A stretch of 64,000 bases of DNA from Desulfatiglandales bacterium (GTDB taxonomy: Bacteria; Desulfobacterota; DSM-4660; Desulfatiglandales; HGW-15): the NCBI GenBank assembly GCA_963667015.2, contig CAXXJJ010000001.1, forward strand, positions 544,001-608,000, given 5' to 3'. The notes under the pieces are model-generated. The model was not told the origin of the DNA and made no database searches. It saw nothing but the letters and a program-made list of their open reading frames with translations. This document shows, piece by piece, positions 18,430 through 29,187 of the stretch. The position numbers were made by a program, and so were the translations under genes. Each line of letters opens with the position of its first letter. Positions within the stretch are counted from its first letter, which is position 1.

Positions 18430-19729
18430 TTTTCATCATTTCGCTAAAACTCCCAAATATCGGCAATGCCCCAAATCTACCACTCAAATACCATTTATCA
18501 TAAGGTATATTAGCCCTTACCTTATCATAATCGAACTCACTCATTGAATATATAGTTGTTGCTCCGAATTCATCTTTTTCAGTAAACCATATTTGATCTC
18601 TTCTAAATAATTCAGGAGATAACAATGTAGCATCATGAGTGGCAAAAATTAATTGAGCATTATATTTGTTAATTTTGGGATCATTAAAAAAATTAATTAG
18701 GAATCTAGTCATTAATGGGTGCAAACTGTTATTTAATTCATCAATTATTATTACAGCCCCACTTTGTAAAATATATAGGAGGCGACCAGCTAAATCATAT
18801 AGTCTTTTTGTTCCATTAGATTCTTCATCTATATCAAAACCAACCGTACCGACTTCAGATCCATCATCATATAACTTGTGATGCATTTCAGTCTTATAGG
18901 TTAAGTGATCTAAAAAATCTTCTTTTAACTCATCAGGTAATTCAGTAAATGGGCCTGACTTAAAAAAACTATCATCAACACTTACTTTTTTAATATTGAA
19001 ATGATCTATCCCGGTATCAGCAATTTTCAAAAAAGAACTAATATTTTTTTTCATTATTCCAGATTCATCATCTTTGCACAATCCAGTCGTAAAATCTCTG
19101 GAGAAGGGACTAGAAATATCAGCAGGAGCATAAAACCTAACATCATTTCTAAAGTACAAATACACCTCTCTCAATATTTCATTATTACTGTTAGCACCTT
19201 TTGATAAAAATAAATTATTTTCCAATAATTGTTTTTCGATCGTTCTTTTGGGTCCCTGGAAATAATCACCAAATTTAATAGGTGCCCCCTTTTTTCTGTG
19301 AAATAAAGTTGCTTCTTGACCTTTTGGATAATATACCAATGATTCTTCGAGAATTTCTTCTAAATTGAAATAGACTGAATATTTATATCTGGTAGTTTTA
19401 TCAACAATAAACTCTATTTCAAAAAAGGTAGGTTTACTAATCCATTTTTTATCTAAAGCGAACGGTTTGTAATGCCTTATTTGTTCGCCTAATTTTGTGT
19501 CAGTAGAAGTAACAATAAACTCTTGCAATGAGTCAATAGCCTTAAGTAAATTACTTTTTCCAGAAGCATTTGCTCCATATACAACCGCAGATTTGAGTAT
19601 GCCAATGTCTTTCTCATTTTCTGAACGATATACGCTATCATTTAGCTCTTTGAGTCCTGTTGCATACATACTTAAAGTAACGGGTTCTTTTATTGATTTA
19701 TAATTACTGACAGTGAAATCAATTATCAT
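18407..19729 (-). CDS. RloA/AbiLi-like AAA_21 ATPase
   Basis: YGANASGKSN, ESNGTKR, IDELNNSLHP, QLIFATHD, RRDQIWFTEK, YLSGRFGALP; overlaps rloB. Confidence 0.88.
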   Translation of the reverse strand: MIIDFTVSNYKSIKEPVTLSMYATGLKELNDSVYRSENEKDIGILKSAVVYGANASGKSNLLKAIDSLQEFIVTSTDTKLGEQIRHYKPFALDKKWISKPTFFEIEFIVDKTTRYKYSVYFNLEEILEESLVYYPKGQEATLFHRKKGAPIKFGDYFQGPKRTIEKQLLENNLFLSKGANSNNEILREVYLYFRNDVRFYAPADISSPFSRDFTTGLCKDDESGIMKKNISSFLKIADTGIDHFNIKKVSVDDSFFKSGPFTELPDELKEDFLDHLTYKTEMHHKLYDDGSEVGTVGFDIDEESNGTKRLYDLAGRLLYILQSGAVIIIDELNNSLHPLMTRFLINFFNDPKINKYNAQLIFATHDATLLSPELFRRDQIWFTEKDEFGATTIYSMSEFDYDKVRANIPYDKWYLSGRFGALPIFGSFSEMMKNAKEKKH

Positions 19730-19805
19730 TTTTTCATCCGATATTTATAAGTTTTTCGTATTTTTTATACAATAATAGCCAATTTTTAGGATAAGTCAAA
19801 TTAAA

Positions 19806-20981
19806 ATGGAGATCATCAAAGTTTTACAGGATACAACTACGCTTACATATAGTCATCATGCAGTAGAAGGAATGGGGCCGGTGAACACGAAGGGAGACAG
19901 ATCTGTTGGTCTGTTGGTTCATGATACCATGGCTTTTACAGAAGATGGTGTTCCATTAGGTCTTCTTGATGTTCAATGCTGGTCGAGAAAAGAGGAGGAA
20001 GCTGGTAAAAGGGAGTTTCGCGCGCGCCTGCCGATTGATCAAAAGGAAAGCATAAAATGGCTTAAGAGTTATCGGGCAGTGGAAGAAGTTCAGGGTCTTT
20101 GTCCGGATACTACGCTTGTGAGTGTTGGTGATCGAGAAGCCGATATATATGAGTTTTTCGAAGAAGCCGGCAGGAATGTATCGGGTCCGAAGCTGCTGGT
20201 TCGAGCCAAGCGTGGAGGAGGGAAGAAATCAGAAGAAGCGAGTCTTTTGGAAAAACTTTTAGAGGCTCCTTTGTCAGGCACACAGGAGCTTTTTATACCC
20301 CGAAAAGGATCACGTCGAGCTAGAACTGCTAAGTTAGGGATACGCTTTATCGAGATAGAGAAAAGGGCGCCCAGAAAAAAAGCCAACAGGCCGTCTATAA
20401 GGATGTGGGCGGTTCTTGCCAAGGAAATCGAAGCTGGTGAAAATGTTAAGGACCCGCTTGAATGGATATTGTTGACAACAGTTAAGACAGAAACATTTGA
20501 AGACGCTTGTAAAAGAATAGCCTGGTACAGCAAACGTTGGGGAATAGAAACATATCACCGGACATTAAAAAGCGGATGCCGGATAGAAGACCGAAGACTG
20601 GAAAATGCAGACAGGTTAGAAGCCTGCCTGGCAATTGATTTTGTAGTTGCCTGGAGAATATTCTGGATGACAAAACAAGGTCGAGAGATCCCCGACATTC
20701 CTTGTGATGTATTTTTAAGTGAAGACGAGTGGCAGGTTTTATGGATCAAGATAAATAAAGGTCCGATTCCAGCCAAACCGCCATCTATAGGTCAAGTGCT
20801 TCCAATGATTGGAGCGCTGGGTGGATACCTCAACAGAAAGGGGGATGGTCCTCCTGGTACCACAAGTATGTGGAGAGGTCTTACGCGGCTTCAGTCTATG
20901 GCCGAAGGTTACGCACTTGCTAAAAGACACATGCAACGAGCAGGACCTTAAACATCTGTGTCAAGTGTGGGTAATAGTCAG
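19806..20981 (+). mobile_element. IS4-family (IS50/Tn5 group) element, 5'-truncated; transposase ORF 19806-20951 and right IR ~20963-20981
   Basis: QDTT, VGDREADIYE and YSKRWGIETYHRTLKSG (DDE + YREK). The ORF starts just before the first Asp, so the N-terminal DNA-binding domain is missing. The right end reads CTGACTATTACCCACACTT on the - strand, resembling the Tn5 end; no left IR is seen. Confidence 0.85.
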
Positions 20982-21056
20982 GATCAAGTCGGGGAATGAC
21001 GGCGCGGGGTTGGATTCCCTGATTCCGCTATCCAATGATTATGAGACCTGACCAAA

Positions 21057-21224
21057 ATCCACCATCAAATTTTTGTTCGCCAATAGTAACAGTGGATTTT
21101 GGATAACCCTGGGCACCAGTAAGATGTTAGATGCAAGGCACCGAAGGAGTGAAGGTACGCCGCAGGGAGAAACGACTGAAGGTAATCCCGCCATGGCGGG
21201 ACAGATGACATTTTGATGGTGGAT
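21057..21224. repeat. ~170-bp MITE-like structured element
   Basis: Terminal IR atccaccatcaaa / tttgatggtggat; internal hairpin tcccgccatggcggga; no ORF. Confidence 0.55.
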
Positions 21225-21366
21225 CAGACCAGATGATTTGACTTGATAATATTGCCAAATAGATATACTTTCACGGCCTGTCTTCAGCGGATATAATGAT
21301 CTTAAGGCAGTTAAAAGATCTAAAATATGATTTAAATTATGAAAAGTTTATAAAATAGATGCAGTT

Positions 21367-22023
21367 ATGGATAAGGCTTCTAAAACGAGGTTAAACAGTG
21401 CTGAAAATACTGGAGATATCCTGGATATATTAAATGATATGACCTCCAGTATCGATATCATTCCGCTGGCAAATCTTCTCTGGAAAGAGGAGCAGGAGCT
21501 CTGTTTTTTTCCTGACAACAGGTTTGTTGAGATGTGGGACAGGGAAATTAAAAAGATACAGAAAGTATGTAAAGATGATCTCGCAAAATTTGAAAGCAGG
21601 TTGCTGGAGCTCGATATCTTCTCAGAAAGATTTCTGAACTCTCTTGACAGCTGCTTCCAGGGCACAGCATCGTCACTTATGGGATCACTATCCAGGCTGC
21701 AGGAGTCCATACACACTGAATGGAAATCCCGGATGTCCGGAAACGCCTTTTTCCCGCTGTTTGAGAAAACATTCCGGGAAGGTGAGTCCGGGAAACTCTG
21801 TAATATGCTTCATGATTGCAAGGCAGAAGCAAAAAGATCTCTTGAATCTGTACACGCTGCTGCTGAAGGCTGTTTGCCTGGAGAGCAGGGCATTTTATGT
21901 GAGGAACTCAGGCAGCAGTATCTTAAAAAAGCCCTGCTGGCATCAGCGGTGCTGCGGGAGTCAATAAACAGGATTATTTCCTTTTATGATAAAAAATGGA
22001 GACTTTTTCTGTCTCCTAAATAA
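21367..22023 (+). CDS. Helical hypothetical protein, first gene of the Zorya III-like operon (ZorF/DUF3348 position)
   Basis: 218-aa ORF directly upstream of, and co-oriented with, the ZorA-like gene; family assigned by position only. Confidence 0.5.
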   Translation: MDKASKTRLNSAENTGDILDILNDMTSSIDIIPLANLLWKEEQELCFFPDNRFVEMWDREIKKIQKVCKDDLAKFESRLLELDIFSERFLNSLDSCFQGTASSLMGSLSRLQESIHTEWKSRMSGNAFFPLFEKTFREGESGKLCNMLHDCKAEAKRSLESVHAAAEGCLPGEQGILCEELRQQYLKKALLASAVLRESINRIISFYDKKWRLFLSPK

Positions 22024-22047
22024 GAGCAGCTATAAAGGAATTATTAT

Positions 22048-23832
22048 ATGAGTAGAATTAAAAGGGCTGATATTATCAGCCTTGTATTGATGATATGCAT
22101 CCCGGTACCATGTTTTTTTTATTTTGCGCTGCGTTTTTATACAGGTTTTGAAAAGAGTAATATTACAGGCCAGAATGTCTGCCTTATAATTGCAGCCGCC
22201 TTTGTATGGGGCATGGCAGACATTGTCCGGCATTACATCTCCATTTCCGGAGAGAATGACTCTCTTGAACGCTTCAGCATAAAATTTACAGCTGATGAAA
22301 ATGCGGATCTCAGCAGTGAGTTCAAAGATTCTATAATAAATCATCGTTACAATATCATCCTTTCACTCAGAAATTCCATTTCGGACATCAGGCATGAAGC
22401 ATTGTCTGAAATAATCAGTTCAAAGGAGTCAGGCAGAGCCGTCATGGCCAGGTATTTTATAGGTGCATGTGTCATGCTCGGGCTCCTCGGCAGTTTCCTC
22501 GGTCTCCTGGAGACAGTGGGCGGCGCTTACAGTGCCATAGAAAGTGTGAGTAATTCAACCCAGCTTCTCACAAATCTCCATTCACCGTTGAGTGGAATGT
22601 CCCTGGCCTTTTCAACCAGTATTGTCGGTATTATCGCTTCCCTCTCCCTTGGCTTTGCCTTTATTTTCCTGAATCGAAGACAGATGACCTTCCTCGCTGA
22701 CCTGGAGGAGTTCACACAGACTGCCCTGATACCCGGACTTAGTACCTCTTCCGGAAAAAGAATTGAGGATCTTCTTGAACGGCTTGTAAAGATAGAGGAG
22801 AACACCGGGGCATTTGTCAGCATGAGAACAGAAATAGGTTCAGAGGCAAAAAGGATGATTTCCAGCATTGACGGTTACTATTCAAGGCTTTCTGATTCAA
22901 TCCTGGAGAGGATGGAGAGCAGTATGCTTTCCCTGGGAAATAATATTTCCGATTCTTTTGCATCACTTTCGGACTCAACATCCCTGTCAATAAAATCTCT
23001 TAACAGTTCTGTCGACAGTTCAGTGAAAGATATGACCTCAAACCTTCAGTCAGGTCTCAAAGAGTTTCTTGATAATTTGAGCACGAGAGGCCAACAGGGC
23101 ATTAAAGAGGCTCACTCCCTTATGGAGAGTCATTCAGAAAAAAGCATGAAACAAATGGCGGGTCTTCTTACTTCAAACATGGATGCATACCGGGATTCTG
23201 TTGATTCTTTTATGGAGAAATGGAGCACTGTTCTTGAGTCGCGTATGGACACGTCCGCTAAAGAGATGCAGGAGAACACGAATCGTGTGTATAAAGATGC
23301 TCTTGACAGGAATGAGTCTATCATTTCTCAGAACCTGGATCTGTTTGAGAAGACATCCGGAGAGTTTCATGAGCTGGGGACCGGTCTGAAGCAGATGCAT
23401 GAAGTTTACCAAGAAAGCCTCGATCAGACAGCACAGGTCATAGACCAGGCTGTCAGGGGGTTCAGGGATATGCTTGAAAAGGAGCATGAAACCAATGAAG
23501 AGCTGTCGGAGAAAAATATTAAGGCCGGGGAACTGCTTGAAGAGGTTGCAGTGCTGCTTCAGAGCAATCAGGCTGAGATGAATGCTTCTTTGTCCATGTT
23601 TGTACAGGGGATAGACAGCCTGCTTCAGGGTTTCCAGGTTAAAGCCGGAGAAAAGGATAAAGAGCAGACTCTTGTGAAGAACCTTGAAAAATCCCTTAAT
23701 GAGCTTACGGAAAAGAGCGGCAGTGTGCTTCATGAATATGTGGCAAGGAGCAGGGAGATCTATTCAGGTCTCCTTGAAAATCAGCTCCACCTGACCCGGA
23801 AGATTGAAGAGATGACAGGCAGGCAGAACTGA
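22048..23832 (+). CDS. ZorA-like MotA/TolQ/ExbB proton-channel protein with a long helical cytoplasmic tail
   Basis: TM motifs MLGLLGSFLGL and GMSLAFSTSIVGIIASL, followed by ~370 aa of heptad-rich sequence. Confidence 0.8.
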   Translation: MSRIKRADIISLVLMICIPVPCFFYFALRFYTGFEKSNITGQNVCLIIAAAFVWGMADIVRHYISISGENDSLERFSIKFTADENADLSSEFKDSIINHRYNIILSLRNSISDIRHEALSEIISSKESGRAVMARYFIGACVMLGLLGSFLGLLETVGGAYSAIESVSNSTQLLTNLHSPLSGMSLAFSTSIVGIIASLSLGFAFIFLNRRQMTFLADLEEFTQTALIPGLSTSSGKRIEDLLERLVKIEENTGAFVSMRTEIGSEAKRMISSIDGYYSRLSDSILERMESSMLSLGNNISDSFASLSDSTSLSIKSLNSSVDSSVKDMTSNLQSGLKEFLDNLSTRGQQGIKEAHSLMESHSEKSMKQMAGLLTSNMDAYRDSVDSFMEKWSTVLESRMDTSAKEMQENTNRVYKDALDRNESIISQNLDLFEKTSGEFHELGTGLKQMHEVYQESLDQTAQVIDQAVRGFRDMLEKEHETNEELSEKNIKAGELLEEVAVLLQSNQAEMNASLSMFVQGIDSLLQGFQVKAGEKDKEQTLVKNLEKSLNELTEKSGSVLHEYVARSREIYSGLLENQLHLTRKIEEMTGRQN

Positions 23833-24467
23833 TGTCAGTCAAATATCAGGACCCGTTCAAAATGGTTTTCTGGCCGGCTTTTACAGACCTTGTTATCGGG
23901 CTTTTTGCCATCCTTGTGTTTACGCTTATTATCTCCCTAATTCAGCAGACAGGCCAGGCAAGACAGATAGAGATACAGAAGGAGAAGATCGAAGAGATCT
24001 CCAGGCAGAATGAAAAGCTGGAAGAAGATCTCCAGGATGCAATCAATGCAGGTCTGATCTCAGTAAAAGACGGCCATATCGACATAATGACAAATATCCT
24101 GTTTGCTACCGGAAGCAGCGAGATCAATACCCATGGCAGGGAGCTCCTGAAAAGCCTTGTTGTTCCCCTGAGGAATTTCATTTCCAATAATGCTGACATA
24201 CTTATGATAAGCGGTTTTACAGACGACAAACCCATACATACAGATCAGTTTCCTTCAAACTGGGAGCTGTCCACAGCAAGGGCCACAGAGGTTGTAAGGC
24301 AGCTTACTGACCATGGATTTCCTTCGAACCGGATTTTTGCGGCCGGTTTCGGAGAACACCACCCAATTGTCGCCAATTCCGATAACCGGAACAGGCAGCG
24401 AAACAGGAGGGTTGAGATAAGCAGGATCTCAATTGAACTTCCCGAGATGCATGCAGAGGGACAATGA
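23832..24467 (+). CDS. ZorB-like MotB/OmpA-domain protein
   Basis: TM FWPAFTDL with the conserved Asp; OmpA-like GFTDD, NWELSTARA, AGFGEHHP, NRRVEI; overlaps neighbours at both ends. Confidence 0.85.
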   Translation: MSVKYQDPFKMVFWPAFTDLVIGLFAILVFTLIISLIQQTGQARQIEIQKEKIEEISRQNEKLEEDLQDAINAGLISVKDGHIDIMTNILFATGSSEINTHGRELLKSLVVPLRNFISNNADILMISGFTDDKPIHTDQFPSNWELSTARATEVVRQLTDHGFPSNRIFAAGFGEHHPIVANSDNRNRQRNRRVEISRISIELPEMHAEGQ

Positions 24468-25117
24468 CCGAGATATTATCTGCTCATCAGAAAGACATAA
24501 AAATTATACTTGATGCCGCTCTAAAGTTCTCATGTTCTGTTCAGCCGTGGAGAGGTGAATACCTGAAAGGTCTTGTCCTTAAGATTGAAGAAGCCCTGTC
24601 TGCTGAAAAGGAAAATGTCTGCAGATCAATGCTTCAAACCTGTCGTAAAATCATTAAAGAGTGGGATATAAACACCCTGCAGCAGGATCAGGAGAAGCAG
24701 GATTTATGCACATCTCCTGAAGATAACAATATATGCAGGGATATTGCGGAATATCTTGAGCAGGAGAAAGCCTTTTTTAGAAACCGCCCCGGGGCAGAGG
24801 AGTCTTTACCCGGACAGCCTGATTATCCTATTCCGAAAGGTGAAGCAGAAGAAGGTGATAAAAATGGGATATGGGAACAGTACCGCAGGTGGTCTGAAAC
24901 AGAGATCTCAGCATGGGATGAACTCTGCTCCGATTATCTTGCCAGGATCAGGTTTTCCCGGAACCTGGATTTTTCTGAATACGTTTCTGAAACCTGGGGA
25001 CCTTACAACACAAAATTCAATATTATAAAGGCGCTGGAACTGCTCAAGGAATTCGACCGTGAATGGCTCGAATCATACCTTATGCTCTACAGTTCTATTG
25101 GAAAGGAACAGCTATGA
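24464..25117 (+). CDS. DUF2894/ZorG-like protein
   Basis: C-terminal WGPYNTKFNIIKALELLKEFDREWLESYL resembles the GPLNS...AL..M...SP.YL pattern I recall for DUF2894; last gene of the operon. Confidence 0.55.
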   Translation: MTEILSAHQKDIKIILDAALKFSCSVQPWRGEYLKGLVLKIEEALSAEKENVCRSMLQTCRKIIKEWDINTLQQDQEKQDLCTSPEDNNICRDIAEYLEQEKAFFRNRPGAEESLPGQPDYPIPKGEAEEGDKNGIWEQYRRWSETEISAWDELCSDYLARIRFSRNLDFSEYVSETWGPYNTKFNIIKALELLKEFDREWLESYLMLYSSIGKEQL

Positions 25118-25126
25118 AATTATCGG

Positions 25127-25446
25127 TCATTCAGCCTTTTTTATGAGATCAAGTTTTCGGGTGATATTGTTCTTTATCCAGCGGGCATCCCACCACTCCA
25201 GCGGGTTTACAAAAATACCATGCACAAGAATACTGAAATGCAGGTGATCACCGTTTGCAAGACCTGTCCGGCCTGAGTAGGCAATGACATCCCCTTTTTA
25301 ACAACAGAGCCCTGGGCAACACTAAAGCTGCTGAGATGCCCGTAAAGTGATGCCAGACCCTGCCCATGGTCAACCCCCATGTGATTCTGGTCATCTATTT
25401 TTTCATCATTGTAGAAATAGCGGGTGCTCTTTAAGGGGCCTACCAT
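25127..25446 (-). pseudogene. M23 metallopeptidase C-terminal remnant
   Basis: HMGVD fused directly to HGQGLASLYGHLS (internal deletion). A frameshift in the G-run near 25291 precedes DVIAYSGRTGLANGDHLHF...VNPLEWWD..WIKNNI; the N-terminus is absent. Confidence 0.8.
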
Positions 25447-25537
25447 TTGGTGGGAATTATTTTTTATCCCACCGGCTGGTAGGATATCCGCGGCACAAAT
25501 TCGCCATCCTAAATGACTGAGACAGCATTAAAGTTAA

Positions 25538-26470
<933 letters not shown>

Positions 26471-26721
26471 ATAACAGAGGCCGGAATAAAAACAGGCTGC
26501 CGTCGTCACCAAGGCTATGCCGAGCCAGGGAAGCAGTTCTCCCTGTTAAATGTTGCCCGCTCTGCGGATTTAACTGGGCAAAGACTGCAGGCTGTTAGGA
26601 AAAACATAAAAACGACGCGGAGCGTCTAAAAACTTGGATTCCCACGCAGAGCGCAGGAACCAGAGATCAGAAGACAGTAAAAAAACAGATAACTAAATAA
26701 AAAATATTTGGAGAATGTAAA

Positions 26722-27078
26722 ATGTTGATGATTAGATCCATTATAAGACCTGAAAAAGTTGATGATACCCTTGCAGCCCTTATGGAGGCAGGATTCCCGG
26801 CCGTTACAAAGATGTCAGTTGTCGGTCGTGGTAAGCAGCGGGGTATAAAGATCGGAGAAATCACCTATGATGAAATTCCAAAGGAACTTCTCATAACAGT
26901 GATACCGTCAAAGGATAAAGACTTTGTAATAAGGACAATAATAAAGGCTGCAAAGACCGGTGAAAAGGGTGCCTTTGGTGATGGAAAGATATTTATAACA
27001 CCGGTAGAGGAAGTCTACACAATAAGCTCGGGTGTTAAGGAGACCCCGGATGGAGAGCTGGAAGAGGTGACTATATGA
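26722..27078 (+). CDS. nifI1: Nitrogenase-regulating PII protein NifI1
   Basis: IIRPEK, VVGRGKQRG, YDEIPK, GAFGDGKIF; sits between nifH and nifD. Confidence 0.9.
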   Translation: MLMIRSIIRPEKVDDTLAALMEAGFPAVTKMSVVGRGKQRGIKIGEITYDEIPKELLITVIPSKDKDFVIRTIIKAAKTGEKGAFGDGKIFITPVEEVYTISSGVKETPDGELEEVTI

Positions 27079-27458
27079 GAGAGGTAATGGCCATTGTGCG
27101 TATGAACGCCATAAACAAGACCAAACGGGCCCTTGCCGATGCAGGAATCTCTTCGATAACGGCCAGGGATGCCCTTGGAAGAGGAAAGGGACTGGTTGAT
27201 CTTCAACTGCTGGAAGGTGCGGAAAAGGGTTATGAAGAGGCCATCTCCCAGCTTGGAGGCAGTCAGAGGCTTATACCGAAACGCATACTATTTATTGTTG
27301 TGCCGGAAAAGCTGGTGGCAAAGACTGTAAAGACAATTATTAAAGTTAACCAGACGGGTAAGGCCGGAGACGGTAAAATATTTGTAAGCCCGGTTATGGA
27401 TTCTATAAGTGTCCGAACAGGCGTGAGTGGAGATCCTACTCTTGATGAAGCTGAATAG
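27075..27458 (+). CDS. nifI2: Nitrogenase-regulating PII protein NifI2
   Basis: MREVMAIVRMN, GRGKG, RLIPKR, NQTGKAGDGKIFV. Confidence 0.9.
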   Translation: MREVMAIVRMNAINKTKRALADAGISSITARDALGRGKGLVDLQLLEGAEKGYEEAISQLGGSQRLIPKRILFIVVPEKLVAKTVKTIIKVNQTGKAGDGKIFVSPVMDSISVRTGVSGDPTLDEAE

Positions 27459-27495
27459 GAAGACACTTTGAACCTGATGAAAGGAGAATAAAATA

Positions 27496-29148
27496 ATGCC
27501 AGATCCAGTTAAAGAAGAATATGTAGAAGGAGTGGATCCGGAGGCCTTGAAAAAGGAGATATTGAGTAAATATCCCACAAAGGTAGCAAGGAAGAGAGCA
27601 AAACAGATAACCATCAACAAGGTTGATGAAAATGAGAGCGTACCGGAAATAGGTGCAAATGTAAGGACCGTCCCCGGTATCATAACGCAGAGAGGCTGCT
27701 GTTATGCTGGGTGTAAGGGAGTTGTTCTTGGTCCTACAAGAGATATAATCAATCTTACTCATGGCCCAATTGGATGCGGGTTTTACAGCTGGCTTACAAG
27801 ACGAAACCAGACTGATCCGGAAACAACCGAAGACGCTCATCAGTTTATGACCTACTGTTTTTCCACTGATATGCAGGATGAGGAAATTATTTTCGGCGGA
27901 GAGAAAAAGCTTAAAAAGGCTATTCAAGAGGCATATGACATTTTTCATCCAAAGGCCATATCAGTTTTCTCAACATGTCCGGTAGGACTTATTGGTGATG
28001 ATGTTCATGCCGTTACCAGAGAGATGAAGGAAAAACTTGGTATCAATATTTTCGGGTTCAGCTGTGAGGGCTACAAAGGTGTAAGCCAGTCTGCGGGCCA
28101 CCACATTGCCAATAACGGGCTCTTCACCCATATAATAGGTAATGATGATACTATAAAAGAAGGTAAATATAAGGTTAATCTGCTTGGTGAATACAATATC
28201 GGTGGTGATGCCTTTGAAATAGACAGGATTTTTGAGAAATGCGGTATCACGGTGATTTCAACCTTTAGCGGTAATTCAAGTATAGATACCTTTGCCAACT
28301 CTCATACTGCAGACCTCAATATGATCATGTGCCACAGATCAATAAACTATGTGGCCGAGATGATGGAAACGAAATTCGGAATTCCGTGGATAAAGGTAAA
28401 TTTTATCGGTGCCGGGGCAACCGCCAAGTCACTCAGAAAGATAGCCCGGTATTATGAAGACCAGGAGCTTATTGACAGGGTTGAGGAGGTTATAGCCGAG
28501 GAAATGCCCGAGGTGGAAAAGGTTGCTGCTGATGTGAGAACAAGGACCGAAGGAAAACTTGCAATGCTTTTTGTAGGAGGTTCAAGAGCACATCACTACC
28601 AGGAACTGTTTAAAGAGATGGGCATGAAAACCATGGCAGCTGGTTATGAGTTTGCACACAGGGATGACTATGAAGGCAGAGTTGTGCTCCCCAATGTCAA
28701 GATAGATGCGGACAGCAGAAATATTGAAGAGCTTGATGTGAAAGCCGATCCTGAAAGGTACAGCCCGAGGAAAAGCCCTGAGGCCATGGAAAAACTGGAA
28801 AAAGAAGGTCTGAACTTCAAGGACTACAAGGGCATGATGCAGGAAATGGATGATAACACATTTGTAGTGGATGATATCAGCCAGTTTGAAACTGAAACGC
28901 TTATCGAAAAATATAAACCTGCAGTATTCTGCGCAGGGATTAAAGAGAAATATGCGATTCAGAAAAAGGGCGTTCCAATGAAACAGCTTCACAGTTATGA
29001 CTCAGGTGGGCCATATGCCGGATTTAAAGGTGCCGTTAACTTCTATAATGAAATAGACAGGATGGTGAACAGCAAGGTATGGTCATACGTTAAACCACCC
29101 TGGAAGAAGAATCCAGAACTGTCGGCCAGATACGCTTTTATGCCGTAG
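27496..29148 (+). CDS. nifD: Nitrogenase MoFe protein alpha chain (long, group II/Clostridium-type)
   Basis: RGCCYAG, HGPIGC, STCPVGLIGDD, GVSQSAGHHIA, MCHRS, GYEFAHRDDY followed by an insertion, LHSYD. Confidence 0.97.
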   Translation: MPDPVKEEYVEGVDPEALKKEILSKYPTKVARKRAKQITINKVDENESVPEIGANVRTVPGIITQRGCCYAGCKGVVLGPTRDIINLTHGPIGCGFYSWLTRRNQTDPETTEDAHQFMTYCFSTDMQDEEIIFGGEKKLKKAIQEAYDIFHPKAISVFSTCPVGLIGDDVHAVTREMKEKLGINIFGFSCEGYKGVSQSAGHHIANNGLFTHIIGNDDTIKEGKYKVNLLGEYNIGGDAFEIDRIFEKCGITVISTFSGNSSIDTFANSHTADLNMIMCHRSINYVAEMMETKFGIPWIKVNFIGAGATAKSLRKIARYYEDQELIDRVEEVIAEEMPEVEKVAADVRTRTEGKLAMLFVGGSRAHHYQELFKEMGMKTMAAGYEFAHRDDYEGRVVLPNVKIDADSRNIEELDVKADPERYSPRKSPEAMEKLEKEGLNFKDYKGMMQEMDDNTFVVDDISQFETETLIEKYKPAVFCAGIKEKYAIQKKGVPMKQLHSYDSGGPYAGFKGAVNFYNEIDRMVNSKVWSYVKPPWKKNPELSARYAFMP

Positions 29149-29187
29149 ATAATAACCTTTTGATAAATAGAAATGGAATAGTGACCA

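Noticed and set aside
22048..24467. Flagellar stator motAB or tolQR/exbBD
   Set aside because: The long helical tail, the flanking genes and the absence of flagellar or tol/tonB genes fit Zorya better.
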